From Takakia lepidozioides (Eukaryota; Plantae; Bryophyta), in the NCBI GenBank assembly GCA_030704615.1, contig CM060731.1, positions 9,796,001 to 9,860,000 of the forward strand: a stretch of DNA of 64,000 nt, read 5' to 3'. Each line of letters begins with the position of its first letter. The stretch's first letter is position 1. The position numbers were made by a program, and so were the translations under genes. Positions 39,003 to 52,489 of this stretch are shown piece by piece. Under the pieces are notes generated by a model that ran no database searches, was not told where the DNA came from, and saw only the letters and a program-made list of their open reading frames with translations.

Positions 39003-39279
39003 GTAAGTAAGTATCGTACTTGCTTATGTAGTTCGTCAAGCGTCTGCTGGAATAGTTATTTTTTCTTGAAAAAGAGGTCCGGCAGTATTTTTCGAAATTT
39101 CTGTATTTCCGGCAGTTTCAGTATATATACAATAAAAGCAGGCTTTAAGCACATGTGGATGGGTAGCACAGTGGTAGTGTGCTTGGGTTTGCAGGAGCTC
39201 GTCCAGGGACAAAATTCGACAACCCCTTTTCTGATTTAATTAATGTCGGACAGCGTAGGCAAGGGAAGAGATAAAGATA

Positions 39280-39716
39280 AAGTTTCTTTAACGTCCAGTG
39301 GTTTATATACCCTGTCAGGGCGGCGGCCCCCACCGGATCATGGCGGTGGGGTCGTTTCTAAAATGCTGTCGGGCACATGTCACCCCTAGAAACCACCACT
39401 TGACACCTATACTCTACTTACCCCAAGTTGGCGCCTGAACTATCCTCCATTTAATAGCTGTCGCCTTCCTACCTATCTTTTTTCTTACCCCCTTACGCAA
39501 GGGTGATTTCTTCAAATCCTTGTGTAGTTTATTATATATCCCTTTTTTAAATTCCTAGACCATCCTCTAATGGACAAGGCCAATGCGAACATGATAGTTT
39601 CCAGAACAAACATGTATTACGATGAGTGGCGTCGCCGCCAGACCTCGGCAAGGCCTGCAGTGTCGCCAAGTTGGTGGAGGTGTTGGCAGTAGCGACAGCG
39701 GACGTTAAAGAAACTT
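39280..39716. mobile_element. MITE with perfect 17-bp TIR and TA flanks (Tc1/mariner-like TSD)
   Basis: ta|aagtttctttaacgtcc ... ggacgttaaagaaactt|ta. Confidence 0.75.
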
Positions 39717-40503
39717 TAAAAAAACTTTTACTCAGTCTGGTATGTCCATTTTGACATTCGAGACTGGTCCCGGTATGGCTAATGGACCTCTAAGGCCAAG
39801 CTGGTAGGGCCCAATGTAGATAGGGTACATGGTTGATATGAGTATTGCCCTGTGGGACATATCCTGATCCTAGACATGAGTAAGTCAAATTTTAAATGGA
39901 GATGCTAGGTCTATATGTGCAAGGGCATGGTATGTATGTACATATATGAAATGTAGAGATTTTTTTGGTAAAATTTGCAAAGATATAATGTTACTTTTTA
40001 CATTGCACAAATGTGAATGAGAATAAGCACAAAAAAAATGTATCATTACTCATACCTATGCTAGCTTGGGTTCTTCCATCCTCAATACGGGTCTCAAGCC
40101 GAGTATGACAATAGTTCATACTTAGACTGGCATGGTAGGTAAGGGGGTAGGTCCAATGCTCAAAACTCGGGGTCCAGGGTATAGCCGGGGTATAAGCCCC
40201 AAGACATACCCAACTGGTATGTTCTACAATACCCTTACTCACACACACTGCACATACCCAGGCGCAAAGGGATATACCAATGCAACACTGGTTAGTACCT
40301 ACTTTAGTGGGCTTTGCATACGTAGGGCCCCAAAAAAAACGCAAACATGAATATTAATTAGTTGAACAGCCAGTTATGCGCATATTAGTTTATGGTCGTT
40401 GTTTGAATTACATTGTCTTGAGACCGACCTAGGAGAAATGAGAGTTGAGATGATTCTGGCCATAGCTCGCGTAAATGAGAGTCGTTCCACTTTTTAGCAC
40501 ATA

Positions 40504-40908
40504 GTGTCAGGTTCCATGGGCACTCCCGAACGGCCCCCAAACAACCGCCCCCAAAAATGAATCGCCCCTTAAAAATGTTAGGGGGTTGGCTCCATTTAGA
40601 CCATCGGGATGAAATTATCAAAATTACCTACTCTTGGATGACAATTCCCACTCTTGGATGAAATGCAACAGCGTTCTGCTACAAGGAAAAGACAAATATC
40701 TGGCAAGGGGCGCCGCGAAACTTGAGTGCTGCGAAACTTGATCGCCCCTTGTGAATGTACTCCTTTTTTTCGCCCCTTCGCATGAAGGGACGATTTGGTG
40801 GGGGCGCCCCGAGAATATTCATTTTAGACCAGTAGCACCTTGTTGAATGGGGGGCAATAATCGATTTATAACTTAGGGGTGATTGGGAGTGCCCATGGAA
40901 CATGGCAC
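40504..40908. mobile_element. MITE with 24-bp TIR and 3-bp ATA TSD (Tourist/Harbinger-like)
   Basis: ata|gtgtcaggttccatgggcactccc ... gggagtgcccatggaacatggcac|ata (2 mismatches). Confidence 0.8.
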
Positions 40909-41279
40909 ATATTGTTCTCTTTTCAGGAGATGACCTTTACATTGCAAGCAAGTTAGAATAAATCGCTACAATGCATGCAATTTGGAATAAGAGTACATGT
41001 GAAGTAGAATCAATTCTGATTGTCATTGATTCATACCATCCTAGTAAAATGCACAAATTACAATCTCCAATTTTCTGATCGTACCAAACATAAGAGAGAA
41101 ATTATCAAACATAGAGCTGGACTTCTGTCCATTCTTGTTTATTCAAATGAACTCGCACAAGATTAAAGTTTGCATTCCAATGCAAACCAACCATAACAAG
41201 CAGCTAGATGCGTAATGGCTCCACCCTCCAATGTGGAGTATGTAGGGTATGTAACGAAGTATTATACATGCTATAGTGT

Positions 41280-44200
41280 TCAATGATGGTATTTAACAAC
41301 ATGGTTTGGTAGTTTGAAAGCTATATATATATATATATATATATGTTTGTAATCTGTCCAGTATGCCTCTGTAACTCCTGATATACATTGTTGGGTGGGT
41401 GTATTTGTCCAAATATGGTCCAACTGTGAACTATATAGTGTAGTAGTTTTCATGAATTGAAGTATCATATTAAACATACTCATGAATGATAAGTTGTTTT
41501 GACATGGTTGAATCGTTTTGCAATATATTTATATTGAAATCCCCTATAATAATGGTGGGATGGAAACGTGGTATTTTATGAAGAATTGCTTGTAGTTGAG
41601 ACAAAAAATATAAATGTCGAAGTGATGGAGGTTTGTAAATAGTAATTATATGAATAGCTCTTCTTGTATTTTTACTGAAAGTGGCCATTATATATTGAGC
41701 ACCAGGGGATGAAAATACTTCATGGGATACTAAAGACATTGTTGCGTCATATAATATCATGGTTCCATGACTACCATGTACAACCATATATGAATATTTT
41801 GTGAAATCTATAAATAGATTTATATTGGAATTAGGTTTGAAGTGCATTTCATTCAAACAAAAAATATGAGCCATTTGTAAATTGTGGTCTGCAAAAACAT
41901 CTTCTTTATATAGAAACAATGATATTGTACTAAAGTGTTGTTTAATTACATGCAATTATTTGTATATGTTCAAAGTTGGAACAAGTAACTGTCATCGTGC
42001 GCTTGTATGGAGACCGTGCATCTCCTCAGCAACGCCATTGTCAACATTAAAAAAAAATCAATTGCAAATTTGCTAAGAGTTATAAGTTTTCTTTGTTATG
42101 TATGGCTGACAAAAGTTGTATAACTTAAACCATGTTTATGTACCCCTGTAGGATCGAATGCTAAATACTCCACAGTTAAGCCTTGAGAACGATGGATTGT
42201 TCGAGCAGTTGCCAATTGAATAGGAAATTGGGTTCTAGTAATTATATGTGAAGTATTTGATCCTATTTGAATCTCTTTAGCAATTGGTTGAATTGGAGTC
42301 CATAACTTATTTATTGTTGAGTTATATAAGTGAATGTCCTTTGCATGTGTAGCAACACCAGATTTTGTATTGTTAAATTGTATCCATATTAACCCTTAAG
42401 CGCCCATTCGGCCTGTTTTGGGCCTCCATTTGTATTTTTCGGCTCTGTTTTCCTCAGATTTGAACCGATTGGCCCCAATTTTTGATGGTGGGATCCCAGC
42501 CATATGGCAGTCAGGATTCCAACGCGTGATTTGGTTTATTTTTTTATTTTTTAGGGTTGCGAATTTTTGCTGCGCAGGGAGCGGGGTCCGCTTTTGCGGC
42601 GTTTTTTTTTTGCTGCTCCCGCATTTTGTGCGTCTTCTCTCTCCGTCCACACATTTGCTGAATTTCCCAAATGCCCATTTTTGACCCAGTCCACTTTGAC
42701 CAAGTGTCAGCACCTGAGTTTTTGCTCAAATTCCATTTTGCGACGCGTCGAGTTGGATGACAGCGACAGACTGGCATGGGCGCTAAGTTGGATGACAGCG
42801 ACAAGTCATTTTTTTTTTCTTTTTTTTTTCTTTTTTAAGAAAAAAAGGATACGAGCCTTGGTGCCATTGCGACGACTCTCCGTCGGGAGACGAGTTTTGA
42901 GGAAGCAACAGATTGGAACGACGCGACCGGTCAACTCGTTCAAAAAAAATTAACAAGGGGCGCGGAGTAGACCGGCGGTGCAACGACTGGTCACTGCAGC
43001 TCCAAAAAAGTGTCCAATCCATTGATTACCAAGTCACCATTGTCCAATTTCTTCTCTAATTTGTATTATTAAGTAGACTTCCAATGTGGTTGAGAACATT
43101 TGTAACTCCTGGGCTTCAGACACATAACACCGAAGTATGTTTAAATACATCGTCCACCCCATTTACTAGACCATCATTAGTTGCATAATTTCCTGCACAT
43201 AATTCAATTAACATCTCTTTTTTTAACATGAATTGTTGTATGTTGGCTGTGTTGGCTACATTGTCCAAGAGCTTAAAAGTAGATGGACATGTATCAAGGT
43301 GTTTGTCAATAGCTTCAAAAACATATACAGATCCTTTAGCTGTTTGCTTGAATGTTTTGTGATTATGAATTAACATATTTTTGTTGGTATAATATAAATG
43401 TGGAAACACTGGATTGTTTGGCAGAGAGCGAAAACATTGTTGATTTAGAATATCAATATCATGTTGGGTTGCTGTTGCTATTCGTAGTCAATTTATCTGA
43501 TTGACGGATTACTTGATTAAGATTGTAACATTTAATATAGTCATGCCAAAACCCCGAAACCAAAGCATGAAGACTTCCAATCTTTTCCTTGAAAACCCAC
43601 AAATCTCGCACTGACGGTGTTTGATAAAAATCTCCAATAATAATAACATCAATGTTGGCAAAGAAAGTACCATGAATTTGTTTAATTGATCGTAGTTGTT
43701 GATCAATAAATGTAACCTCATCTAACACCATAAGTTGTAGTTGTTCATATCAGCAACAATTATCGGCACATACTCATCCTTATCAGCTACATTTGAGTAA
43801 CAGTAATACTTGGTCAGCCCCTTCAGTTTCTTATTCAGAAGCTCATGCTTCTAGACAGTAGTTGCAAATTCTAGAATAAGAAGTGGCTCAGGTTACTTCA
43901 TCTGTGACAATAGTGTCGATGTCGGGTGAGGTGAAGAGGTCCCCGAGTTTATTGCCCATCTTTTTGGTTTCTACGTGCTGCCGCTTGAGCTAGGAAGGGC
44001 CTTATACCAATGTGTCTAATCGTTCTGATCCGAGCAAAGACAAATCTTTGCAATTAAGAGGTATGCTTAGCCCAGAATGAATGGTTGTTCCATCAATATT
44101 GAAGGCTGCTTTTCTAGTGTAGACCAGAAGAGATTGTGGATGTTGATTATAAAATCTAAGTAGACCTTGAATAATAAGTAGTAAAGCAAATATTTTTGCA

Positions 44201-44880
44201 GTTCATGCTCTCTAGTTAGGAACAAATGCAAGGGTTTGTCACAAAACATATGTTTCCTGTGATATATGCAGTCATCTGGATTAAGCTTTCATATCTGTTC
44301 ATAAAATTGTTTATTAGGAATAATGTTATCGGGTGTTGTAGATATGTTTCCTCTGATATTGTTGTTGACAATCCAATTTCAGGACACAAATGAAATTCTA
44401 TTGCCATATCATATGTTTCAATCCATGTGCAATCTGTCAGAGACTTTGAAACGTTTGGTTGTATATCAACTTCAATGAACTTGTCCATCCATATGTCCAT
44501 CCAGATTGTTAGTTTTTGCTAAATCATGTGCTTTTGTCTCTAATGTATTCCAATCTGAAAAGAGTAATATTTTATGTTGGGAATTTATATGTGAATTTGT
44601 TACGGTTCATCAATATAGTTGGTTCATTAATCAAATAAGCATCATGTCATGTTTCATGGTCGTTTTTTTGTGATTCCTAGCTTCCCATAAATGGATGAAA
44701 AAATAGAACTTGTAGTTTTCGGAATCGCGATGTTCATTATAGTGCACATACCTAATAATATGGGATTTCTACCGTGGTTTAATATTATTTTTGTCTATAG
44801 TAGAATCTGATACATATTCGCTAAGACAATGTGTAGTTGGTCGATAAATATGTTTGTCAATAGCAGATGAACATTTATTC
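41280..44880 (-). mobile_element. Decayed Helitron with PIF1 helicase and C-terminal AP-like endonuclease (Helentron type)
   Basis: IIRYVHYNEHRD linker, decayed PLHLFLT Walker A, VIIIGDFYQ, DGLVNG, RTQFPIQLATARTIHRSQGLT, then HIFCLNE, IYKPPS, IIIGDFN, LDHIWTN; many stops and frameshifts, insertion at about 42393-43120. Confidence 0.85.
42393..43020. mobile_element. Truncated piggyBac-like insertion in the Helitron helicase
   Basis: TTAA|cccttaagcgcc at 42389 resembles the element A TIR (cccttaagtgcc), and the helicase frame (LIWIQFNN) is cut exactly at this TTAA; the other TIR was not found and the end coordinate is approximate. Confidence 0.55.
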
Positions 44881-45173
44881 GGACGGAAGACCTCGCAAAT
44901 CTTTATCGGATTTCAATACAAATGCACGTTCGCATAAGAACGAGAATGAGTCCAAGATGCTGCCATGGCAGATTCCACCACACTTCCCACTTAGCCCTCC
45001 CAGGTCATAAAAAGGGAGGTCCAAAAAGGGCTCGCCGCCGAAGGAGCTATCCATTCCAACACTCCTGAAGTAGGACTGCCTCACTTGCCGGTACACTTGG
45101 AAGACATGTCATGATAACAGAAAGCATGGACCACCGTCCTGGCAAGCCAAGGGAACTTGTTTATTTCTCTCGA

Positions 45174-45300
45174 GCCATGTGGCTGATGTTGCAGCAGGAT
45201 AAGCCTGATGACTGTGTTGTTGCCACAGAAGACTCCCATACAGTTGAAGAGTTTCTAGAGGCGGCATTTGACTGGAAGGAATGTGGAGATTGATCCCAGG
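45174..45300 (+). pseudogene. GMD: GDP-mannose 4,6-dehydratase gene fragment
   Basis: AMWLMLQQDKPDDCVVATEDSHTVEEFLEAAF..DWK, then frameshifted VEIDPR; matches the conserved GMD/MUR1 segment; the rest of the gene is absent. Confidence 0.85.
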
Positions 45301-45399
45301 TCTGTGCCTTTAAGATTTTAACCAAAACACAATACCCCTTGCTATGAGACAAACAGACCTCACTGTTCTTTGGTAAGCTTTTTAGTCACTGAATGTGGC

Positions 45400-48300
45400 A
45401 TGATGCACTCATCTAGGTAGACCACCACATTTATGTACAGCATAACAAGAAATTTGGCATTTGTCTTCTCCAGTTGAGCTTTGTGCAGACCTCACTATTG
45501 TTAGTTGTGCGAAGACTGCCTTCTTGCAGGCACTTCCGCCCCTCAGAGGTGGACTCCCCCAGACTTATCTGTCAATGAGTGGTATGTCTTTGTTCTTGAA
45601 GGGTCCAATCACAGTCCCGAAGAACATAGAGGCATCGAAGAGTCTTAAGGTTAGATAGCTGGCCTTAGGAGAGGAATATATTTGGCAAGTTGCTGTCGCG
45701 GTGAGCAGTGTTCCAATTGCCTTGTACTATATTGAGGAAACCTACTGTTCCTTTGTAGAACAATTCTACTGCTCTGATATGCCAACAAGGAACCTGAAAC
45801 AATATAAATGGAGTAGAATGTACAGGGAAGGCTTGTGGCCCAGGCCACCCTTCAGCCAAAATGGATGTGATGATACTGACATTCCTCCGCTAGCCCGTAG
45901 TTGACCAGACCCAGGCTTCTCATCATAAACTGTCATCCTACCAGAATCTCGACTCCCATCTTCAAAACTCAATGGAGCTCCAATGCTGACCCCAGAATTA
46001 GAGCCATACTCTGATAGCCCATCCACCAGTTCCCATTGTGCTTAGGCGTTCTATGGTTATTGCTTGGCCTGCATGCAGAGACCACCTAGAACATAAACCT
46101 AAAGCAGCTCCAAAAAGCATATTGTTGAGGAATGCAGATATAAACTTATCCTAAAATCTTCCCTCTCTCTTTCCCCTTAGGTAGACAAGTAGTGCTGGAA
46201 TAGCCTGGGTGTTTTCTAACATGATGTCTATACCAAGTCTCCCGCCAACACCCCAATTCCCTTTCTCCAGATTTTTGCTGACTGTGAGTGAGCACTTTGT
46301 GATTCTTGGTTGAGTTTCCATTTCCATACCCTGGTAGTCGAAACCCCACACCTAGCTCCAGCCAGGTTAATACTCCCGAACAAAACATTGCCGTCAAGGT
46401 TGTCGATTGTCAAGTGTTGTAAGGCACAGTCAGTATTTGTACATCTCTCCCTGCCCTTTACCCATCCCACTGTGGGATTGTGGCTCATCACTCTGCAATG
46501 CTTAGGTAGGACAGTAATGTCTATGATAAAGCCCTCTGAGCTTATGAGCAGGGAGCAGTTTGCATCTATTTTCAATTTTCGATTCTTTGTGCGGTATGAG
46601 CCAGCCCTAACCAGATCCCAAACCAGGTGGGTATCGACCCCCCAAAAAGAGTGCCCCACAGACAAAGCCATGCAAATTCAGTAACTCCCTCTCATGTAAT
46701 GAACGTAAGAAGATAACATCCACTCTACATTCCTCAGCCTGAGTCCTCATGAACTGCCCAAAGTGACTTTCAACAGGAAAAGTCAAGTAGGATCTGCTGA
46801 GTGTGAAGCCATGTAACCCCCACAAAGAACTGTGTGTGTGGAAGAATTCCTCTACAGATGGTTGAGTAGGCACAGAAGACAGTTTGAATCAAATGTGAAC
46901 AGCTTGCTTTGAATAAGAATCCAAAGTCTTGGAATCATCGAATTCAACAAGCCCATGCAACTCAAATTGTAAATAAGAATATGAACACTACTAACAACTG
47001 TTTTACAGCTCGATTGACTAACTTACTGCTCAGCGACCAGCAAATCATCTCTTGAACATCGCTTCACAACACTCTGGAATACAGAGAATCTTGATCTGAT
47101 GAAAGCAGGAATCTGTTCATCAAGTATATCTAATTTGGGCTAATCTAGAAGGCCGAATCTTTTGAGCAAAATTAGAGGGTCGCTCAAGTCGACTGCACAG
47201 AATTCCAGAAACTGCAGAACACTGATGAGGAACAGGCCACCCAGTCCGGACGATTGGAGAGGCCACTCATAAGTAGTTGCTTTCCGCAAAGCTTGTGACT
47301 TTTCTCGCAGGTCAGTTCTTATCACTTGGGACCCTTCAATTTCCCAGCATTTGAAGTCGAATCTGCAGGAGTCAATCATATTTGGGCATCCGAGGACAGA
47401 GATGATGCCTCTGATGATGCCTCAAAGAGGACAAAATTTGTTGATGGGATCACGTTGAATGGACGGCTCATAGGCGCTTAGAGGCACACCCACGTAACGT
47501 TGAACGCCCCCTGATGTTGCTCGGGGGATTTTCGTTGCGATTGAGTCCATGTTCCTGTCTTGAAAGGGAAGACAAAAGCTGGTGCCAACGAGCTGATTGC
47601 CTGTTCGTGTCTCTATTGGACTATTAATACACATGGGAACGTGGACTTTGATTCTCCAGTTTGGTTGAATCTCTCTCTCCTGCTGAGGAAAATGTATAGC
47701 TGTACACTTACAAGTCAACAACCTAATTGAGGTGTGACTTGAAGAAAAATAAATCTCAAATCAATGTGGTAAATAGTCCTGCAACATGCTGCCCAGGACT
47801 CAAATCTGACCCTCTCATACGCATTTTAGCACGCTCTCAGAAACCATAAAGGATCTGACAGCGACAGAAAGCGATGCTCACCAAGAGAGCTTCAAGAGAT
47901 CTGTTGCAAAGCTAGTACTTCATAGTCCTTTAGAGGAATGTAAACCAATTCCGCAGTTATCAATTGCAGAGCTTGGGTGCCCATCAATAGTGCCCCACCC
48001 GTAACTAACCGTCCTTTGGTGAAATTGAAATTCTTGTAACATTGGGACAAGAGAGGATGCACAACAGACCACATCCTGACAGAGACACACGAGCTGTCAA
48101 AACAAAGAGCAACTGTGTCAGAGAGACACGAGTTTGCTACTTACGAGACTGTGAGCTCTGCAGGGAGATGAGCACAAGATACTCTGAAGGAGAGACAGAC
48201 TCAAGTGGCTATCTATACTCTGGCAGCCAAGGGTATCAACTCCTCCCTCGAACGGGGAATTTTTCGGAATCTGCCCGAATCAATAGCCCCATATGAGCAG

Positions 48301-49110
48301 AAGAAAGTGATCACAATTGACAAATTGGCACGTTCTATGCAGGGTTACACCAAAATGCGGAACTGTTTCAATTGGAGAACAGAGTTCAGGTTTCTCTTCA
48401 TGAATGCGATCTAGACGATCTTTAGATCTCAACTTCCACAATTCAGTAGAGATCCTTTAGCTGGCGATTCATGACTCCCGAGGGTTGCATATTTCTGCAT
48501 CTGCCAAGACAAAAGTTGCTCAACGGTCAGACCGAGGGGATAGCTGAGAGTGGGTCACTGATCTGACGCAGCAGTTTGTGTGTCGATCAAGGATTGCACA
48601 AGAGTGGAAGGATCACGTGCCTGATCTCGTGCACCATGCCCGTGTGTCCTGTGTCGATAAGCTCTGCATGCAGAATAGCGTGATCTTTCCGGATTATTTT
48701 GGGAAGTCTACGATAAATTCAGGTGGGTTGTTGACTGTACTCGTGCGACGTGAGACATCATATGCCGTAGGCCATACACCCCACTCCTGGTTTGGGCAGA
48801 ACAAGAAGGAGTAGGCACTACCTTTGTGAGGAGCTTACTCTGGACAGTAGTGGGACTTGGCTTGATGGCTTTCCAGATTTCCTCTAGAAAGCCCTTGTGT
48901 ATGAACTGCCCAGCAATTAGACCCCAAGAGGGCCAGGGCTTCAGTCTCAGCCTCCAGATTTTGGAAGTGAATAGAGAGCCACAGGGACAATTCTTGATGG
49001 TCAATGAGAATGCCCGGGGCATTGTATCAGAAAATGGATAGAGGGCTTCTTTCCCCTTTTTCATGTATACATATATATTGCTTTCAGGCCACACATCTAG
49101 CATTGACAAT
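45400..49110 (-). mobile_element. Highly decayed L1-type LINE remnants
   Basis: Weak traces only: zinc-knuckle-like ORF1 end near 47430-47500 and RT-like CP..L.F segment near 48960-49060; no intact ORF; boundaries approximate. Confidence 0.35.
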
Positions 49111-49235
49111 CTCCCTTATTTGTTTTTTGTTCAAAAGTAGATTCCCTTGTGGTGAGTTTAAAGTTTCAGTCAGTGCCAAGGGTAGGCCCTTCAGACCATC
49201 AGCTGCACTGGAAGGGTCAGTTCTACCTTTTTCCA

Positions 49236-50140
49236 CCAGGACTTGGCCTGTTTAACAGGGCTTTCTTGCCTCCAAGAGATAAGAGTCAATCACTCTAGAG
49301 TATCTGGATTTTAGAATGTGATTCAACTGACCCCGCCATCTGGCCTTGAACTCACCACATCAAGAGCTCAAGGGTGGTAAGCCAAGCTCTCCCTTAACAG
49401 CCGCGTTAGCTGTTCTAGAGCATGCTAACACGCTCTCTTTGAGAGCCCACACAGCAGATGCGAACTCCAAGGTAGCATTAACATTGCAAAGCACGGTCCT
49501 TTTAACTGTAGTATTCATCCCTCTCCCCTAGAAACATTGAACCACTTTAGAATGTACTCATAAGACATTGTTTGCTGTAGCCTTGTGGCCATTGACCCCG
49601 CGCTCAGTTTGAACAGAACACGGGAAAGAGACTACCTTTGTCAGGGGCTGATACCGGTAGTATGACTTACCTTTGGAACCAACAATTCTGGATCAAGTGT
49701 TACCTCTCTCTCTCACACTTTCATTTCTTTCAGTCTCTCTAAAGTGGGGCCTGCTGGTCTGGTCTATCCACATGAAATGGACCTGGCAAAGTAAAATTTT
49801 CCACCCTCGGCACTAGACTGAAATTTAAACTCAGGGCGGGAAACCTACCTTTGAACAGCAAACAGAAGCAGAGAGGGAAGGGGGATTGCAAATGCGTTGT
49901 GTGGCAACCTGAAGACAATATTCACTTTCTGATTCTTTGTCCTGGGTACTCCCACCAGAGAGACGTCCTCTTCAGATCAATCAAGGGAATTGTGCGTGAG
50001 CCTCTGTTTACCAGCTTTGAAAGTCTTGAGGCTGAGCCAAAAGCCCAGGCCCTTTGGGGGCCTAGTTATTGGGCAAACCACACACAGCAGATTGATGCTT
50101 GTGTAAAGGGATTTCTAGAGGATATCTGGAAAAACTGAAA
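49236..50140. mobile_element. Rearranged cluster of LINE family X fragments
   Basis: 49236-49505 (-) TLEFASAVW/TANAAVKGELG; 49559-49675 (-) 3' end; 49790-50140 (+) LKFKLRAG..RGKGDCKC..EDNIHFLILCP. Confidence 0.75.
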
Positions 50141-50572
50141 ATCTGAGATGTGCTCTCCAGGCTGTAATTCAGCTGGGATGCTGACTTCTGGGCTGTTTTG
50201 GGAGATAAGTCCTGGGACTTCAGTCTTAATCCTTCAAATGAAAATTTTGTATCCTCAGCTTCCTATTGTGGAGGTGTTCCACCACATGATGTCAGGCCCT
50301 TCAACTAGAAAATTTGGTTTAATAAAATCTAACCAAATGGAAATATGCATTTTGTTTCACAGAGAGCTTAGCACGTGACTGCTCTTAGAGTTTGACCTTC
50401 TAGTTTCATATGACTGGCTAAGTCCCTAAGATTGGCAGGACTTAGACTGTCATCGAATGAAATAATCATCAGTTTCATTTTTACTAGTTGATTGAATGAT
50501 GGTGAACAAATACTGACTCTTTCTTCCCTCACCTTTGAAGGGCCACCCAGCATTTCATGCCTGTCACTTGTT

Positions 50573-52489
50573 TCACCAGTAATCCCCACAAGAACACAAC
50601 CCACCTTGGAAGTGGTGAAAGCGGCTGGCATCCCGTACAACCACTGCCCGCTCAACAATCTTCGAGATGAACTTTGTGGCATTGTGGCAGTCACCACAAA
50701 CCCGAAGGTTCTTGATCACATGGATTGGCATCCCAGAGGGTGTGTTGATGAGCCCGAAAGCAATTGCAAGCTTCTCACTATGGTGGCAAAGAGACAGTTC
50801 CTTTTGCTCCTCCTCCAAGTCATGCAAAACAAAGCGTGTGTCAGGTACATACCCTGCCTCTTTCATCTGACCAGACAATCTCTTCAGCTCAGAATGGATT
50901 TCCTCAATTTGGGGATGCAGTTTGTCATCTACAACGAATGTATGCAACTGGTTGTCGACCTCAATGGAGCTGCACCCTGGCTCCTTTCGGACACCTCTTT
51001 CCTCCATCATTTTTCTCACCTTTGCTGTATCATCCCACCTGCCAGCCGCAGCATAGATGTTCGATAGCAGCACATAAGCTGAAGGGTTCTGTGGATCACT
51101 CTCAAGAACGTTTTTGGCTGCACGTTCTGCTACTTCCACACAGCCATGAACTCTGCAGGCAGCAAGCAAGGCCCTCCACACCCCAGCATCTGGTTTGATT
51201 GGCATTTGGTTAACCAAATCCTCAGCCTTATCCACTCTCCCTGCACGGCCAAGAAGGTCCACCATGCAACCAAAATGCTCCAATGCAGGAGCGAGGCCAT
51301 GATCTTGACTCATGGAATCAAAGTAGTGGCAGCCCTCATCCACCAGGCCCACATGGCTACATGCAGAAAGAAGAGATATAAAGGTGACACTGTCTGGCTT
51401 CAAGCCTTCCTGCTGCATTTGTTCAAATAGTTGGAGAACCTCCCTACAACACCCATGCTGACCAGATCCTGCAATCATCACACTCCATGAGACCAAATCT
51501 CGTTCAGACATACTGCCGAACACCTGCCGTGCATCATTCACACTCCCACATTTGGAATACATGTTCACAAGGGCATTCTCCAAATTAATATCTAACACAA
51601 TTCCAGCTTTCATGATGTCAGCATGGACCCTCTTGCCCTTTTTCAGGGCTCCTAAGCTAGTGCATGCATTGAGCATGCAAATGAATGATATCCTGTTGGG
51701 TTTCACTCCTTTGAGTTGCATTTGCTCATAGAGCTCAAAAGCCTCCGTACCACACCCATGCTGGGCATATCCTGTAATCATGGCATTCCATGAGACCACA
51801 TTGCGTTGAGACATACCATCAAACACTTGGCGTGCTTCCTTCATGTTTGCACATTTGGCGTACATGTCAGCAAGGGCAGTCTCCAGAATGATATTTGGTC
51901 CAATTCCAGCTTTGGTGATGTCAATGTGGATCTCTTTTCCCTTTTCCAGAACTCCTAACCTGGCACACGCATTGAGGACACAAATCAAGGTAACCTCGTT
52001 GGGTGTGACCCCATTCTGTTGCATTTCTTCATAGATCTTGAGAGCCTCCCTACTACACCCATGCTTGACATATCCTGCTATCATTATAGTCCATGTAAAC
52101 AGTGACCGTTCAGGCATTCTGTCAAACACGTGGCGTGCATCCATCACACTCCCACACTTCGCATACATGTTGACAAGGGTGTTCAATAGGAAGATTTTTG
52201 GCTTGAAACCATTTCGTATAATGTGGGAGTGCACCTGTTTTCCCTCTGCAAGGTCATTCCTGTTGATGCACTCCTGCAAGAGACATACGTAAGTATTGGA
52301 GTCTGCCCTGCCTTGTTGGTTCAAGATGTGCAGTGCCTCTTTCAGTTGACCTGCCTTACATAACCTCCTCACATCCCTTCGAGTACCAGCAGTGTTCATT
52401 TTTACTCCCACACTTGCTCCTCTTTCATACGTAGGGGTGCTTCCAGTCTGATGCCCAATGAACAACTGTGCCTGATCCAACCATGCCAT
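50573..52489 (-). CDS. PLS-class PPR-E-DYW editing factor, 638 aa
   Basis: ATG at 52489; 11 PLS motifs, E1/E2, KEPGCSSIEV, HSEKLA, KNLRVCGDCH, CSCGDYW; all canonical motifs intact. Confidence 0.95.
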   Translation of the reverse strand: MAWLDQAQLFIGHQTGSTPTYERGASVGVKMNTAGTRRDVRRLCKAGQLKEALHILNQQGRADSNTYVCLLQECINRNDLAEGKQVHSHIIRNGFKPKIFLLNTLVNMYAKCGSVMDARHVFDRMPERSLFTWTIMIAGYVKHGCSREALKIYEEMQQNGVTPNEVTLICVLNACARLGVLEKGKEIHIDITKAGIGPNIILETALADMYAKCANMKEARQVFDGMSQRNVVSWNAMITGYAQHGCGTEAFELYEQMQLKGVKPNRISFICMLNACTSLGALKKGKRVHADIMKAGIVLDINLENALVNMYSKCGSVNDARQVFGSMSERDLVSWSVMIAGSGQHGCCREVLQLFEQMQQEGLKPDSVTFISLLSACSHVGLVDEGCHYFDSMSQDHGLAPALEHFGCMVDLLGRAGRVDKAEDLVNQMPIKPDAGVWRALLAACRVHGCVEVAERAAKNVLESDPQNPSAYVLLSNIYAAAGRWDDTAKVRKMMEERGVRKEPGCSSIEVDNQLHTFVVDDKLHPQIEEIHSELKRLSGQMKEAGYVPDTRFVLHDLEEEQKELSLCHHSEKLAIAFGLINTPSGMPIHVIKNLRVCGDCHNATKFISKIVERAVVVRDASRFHHFQGGLCSCGDYW

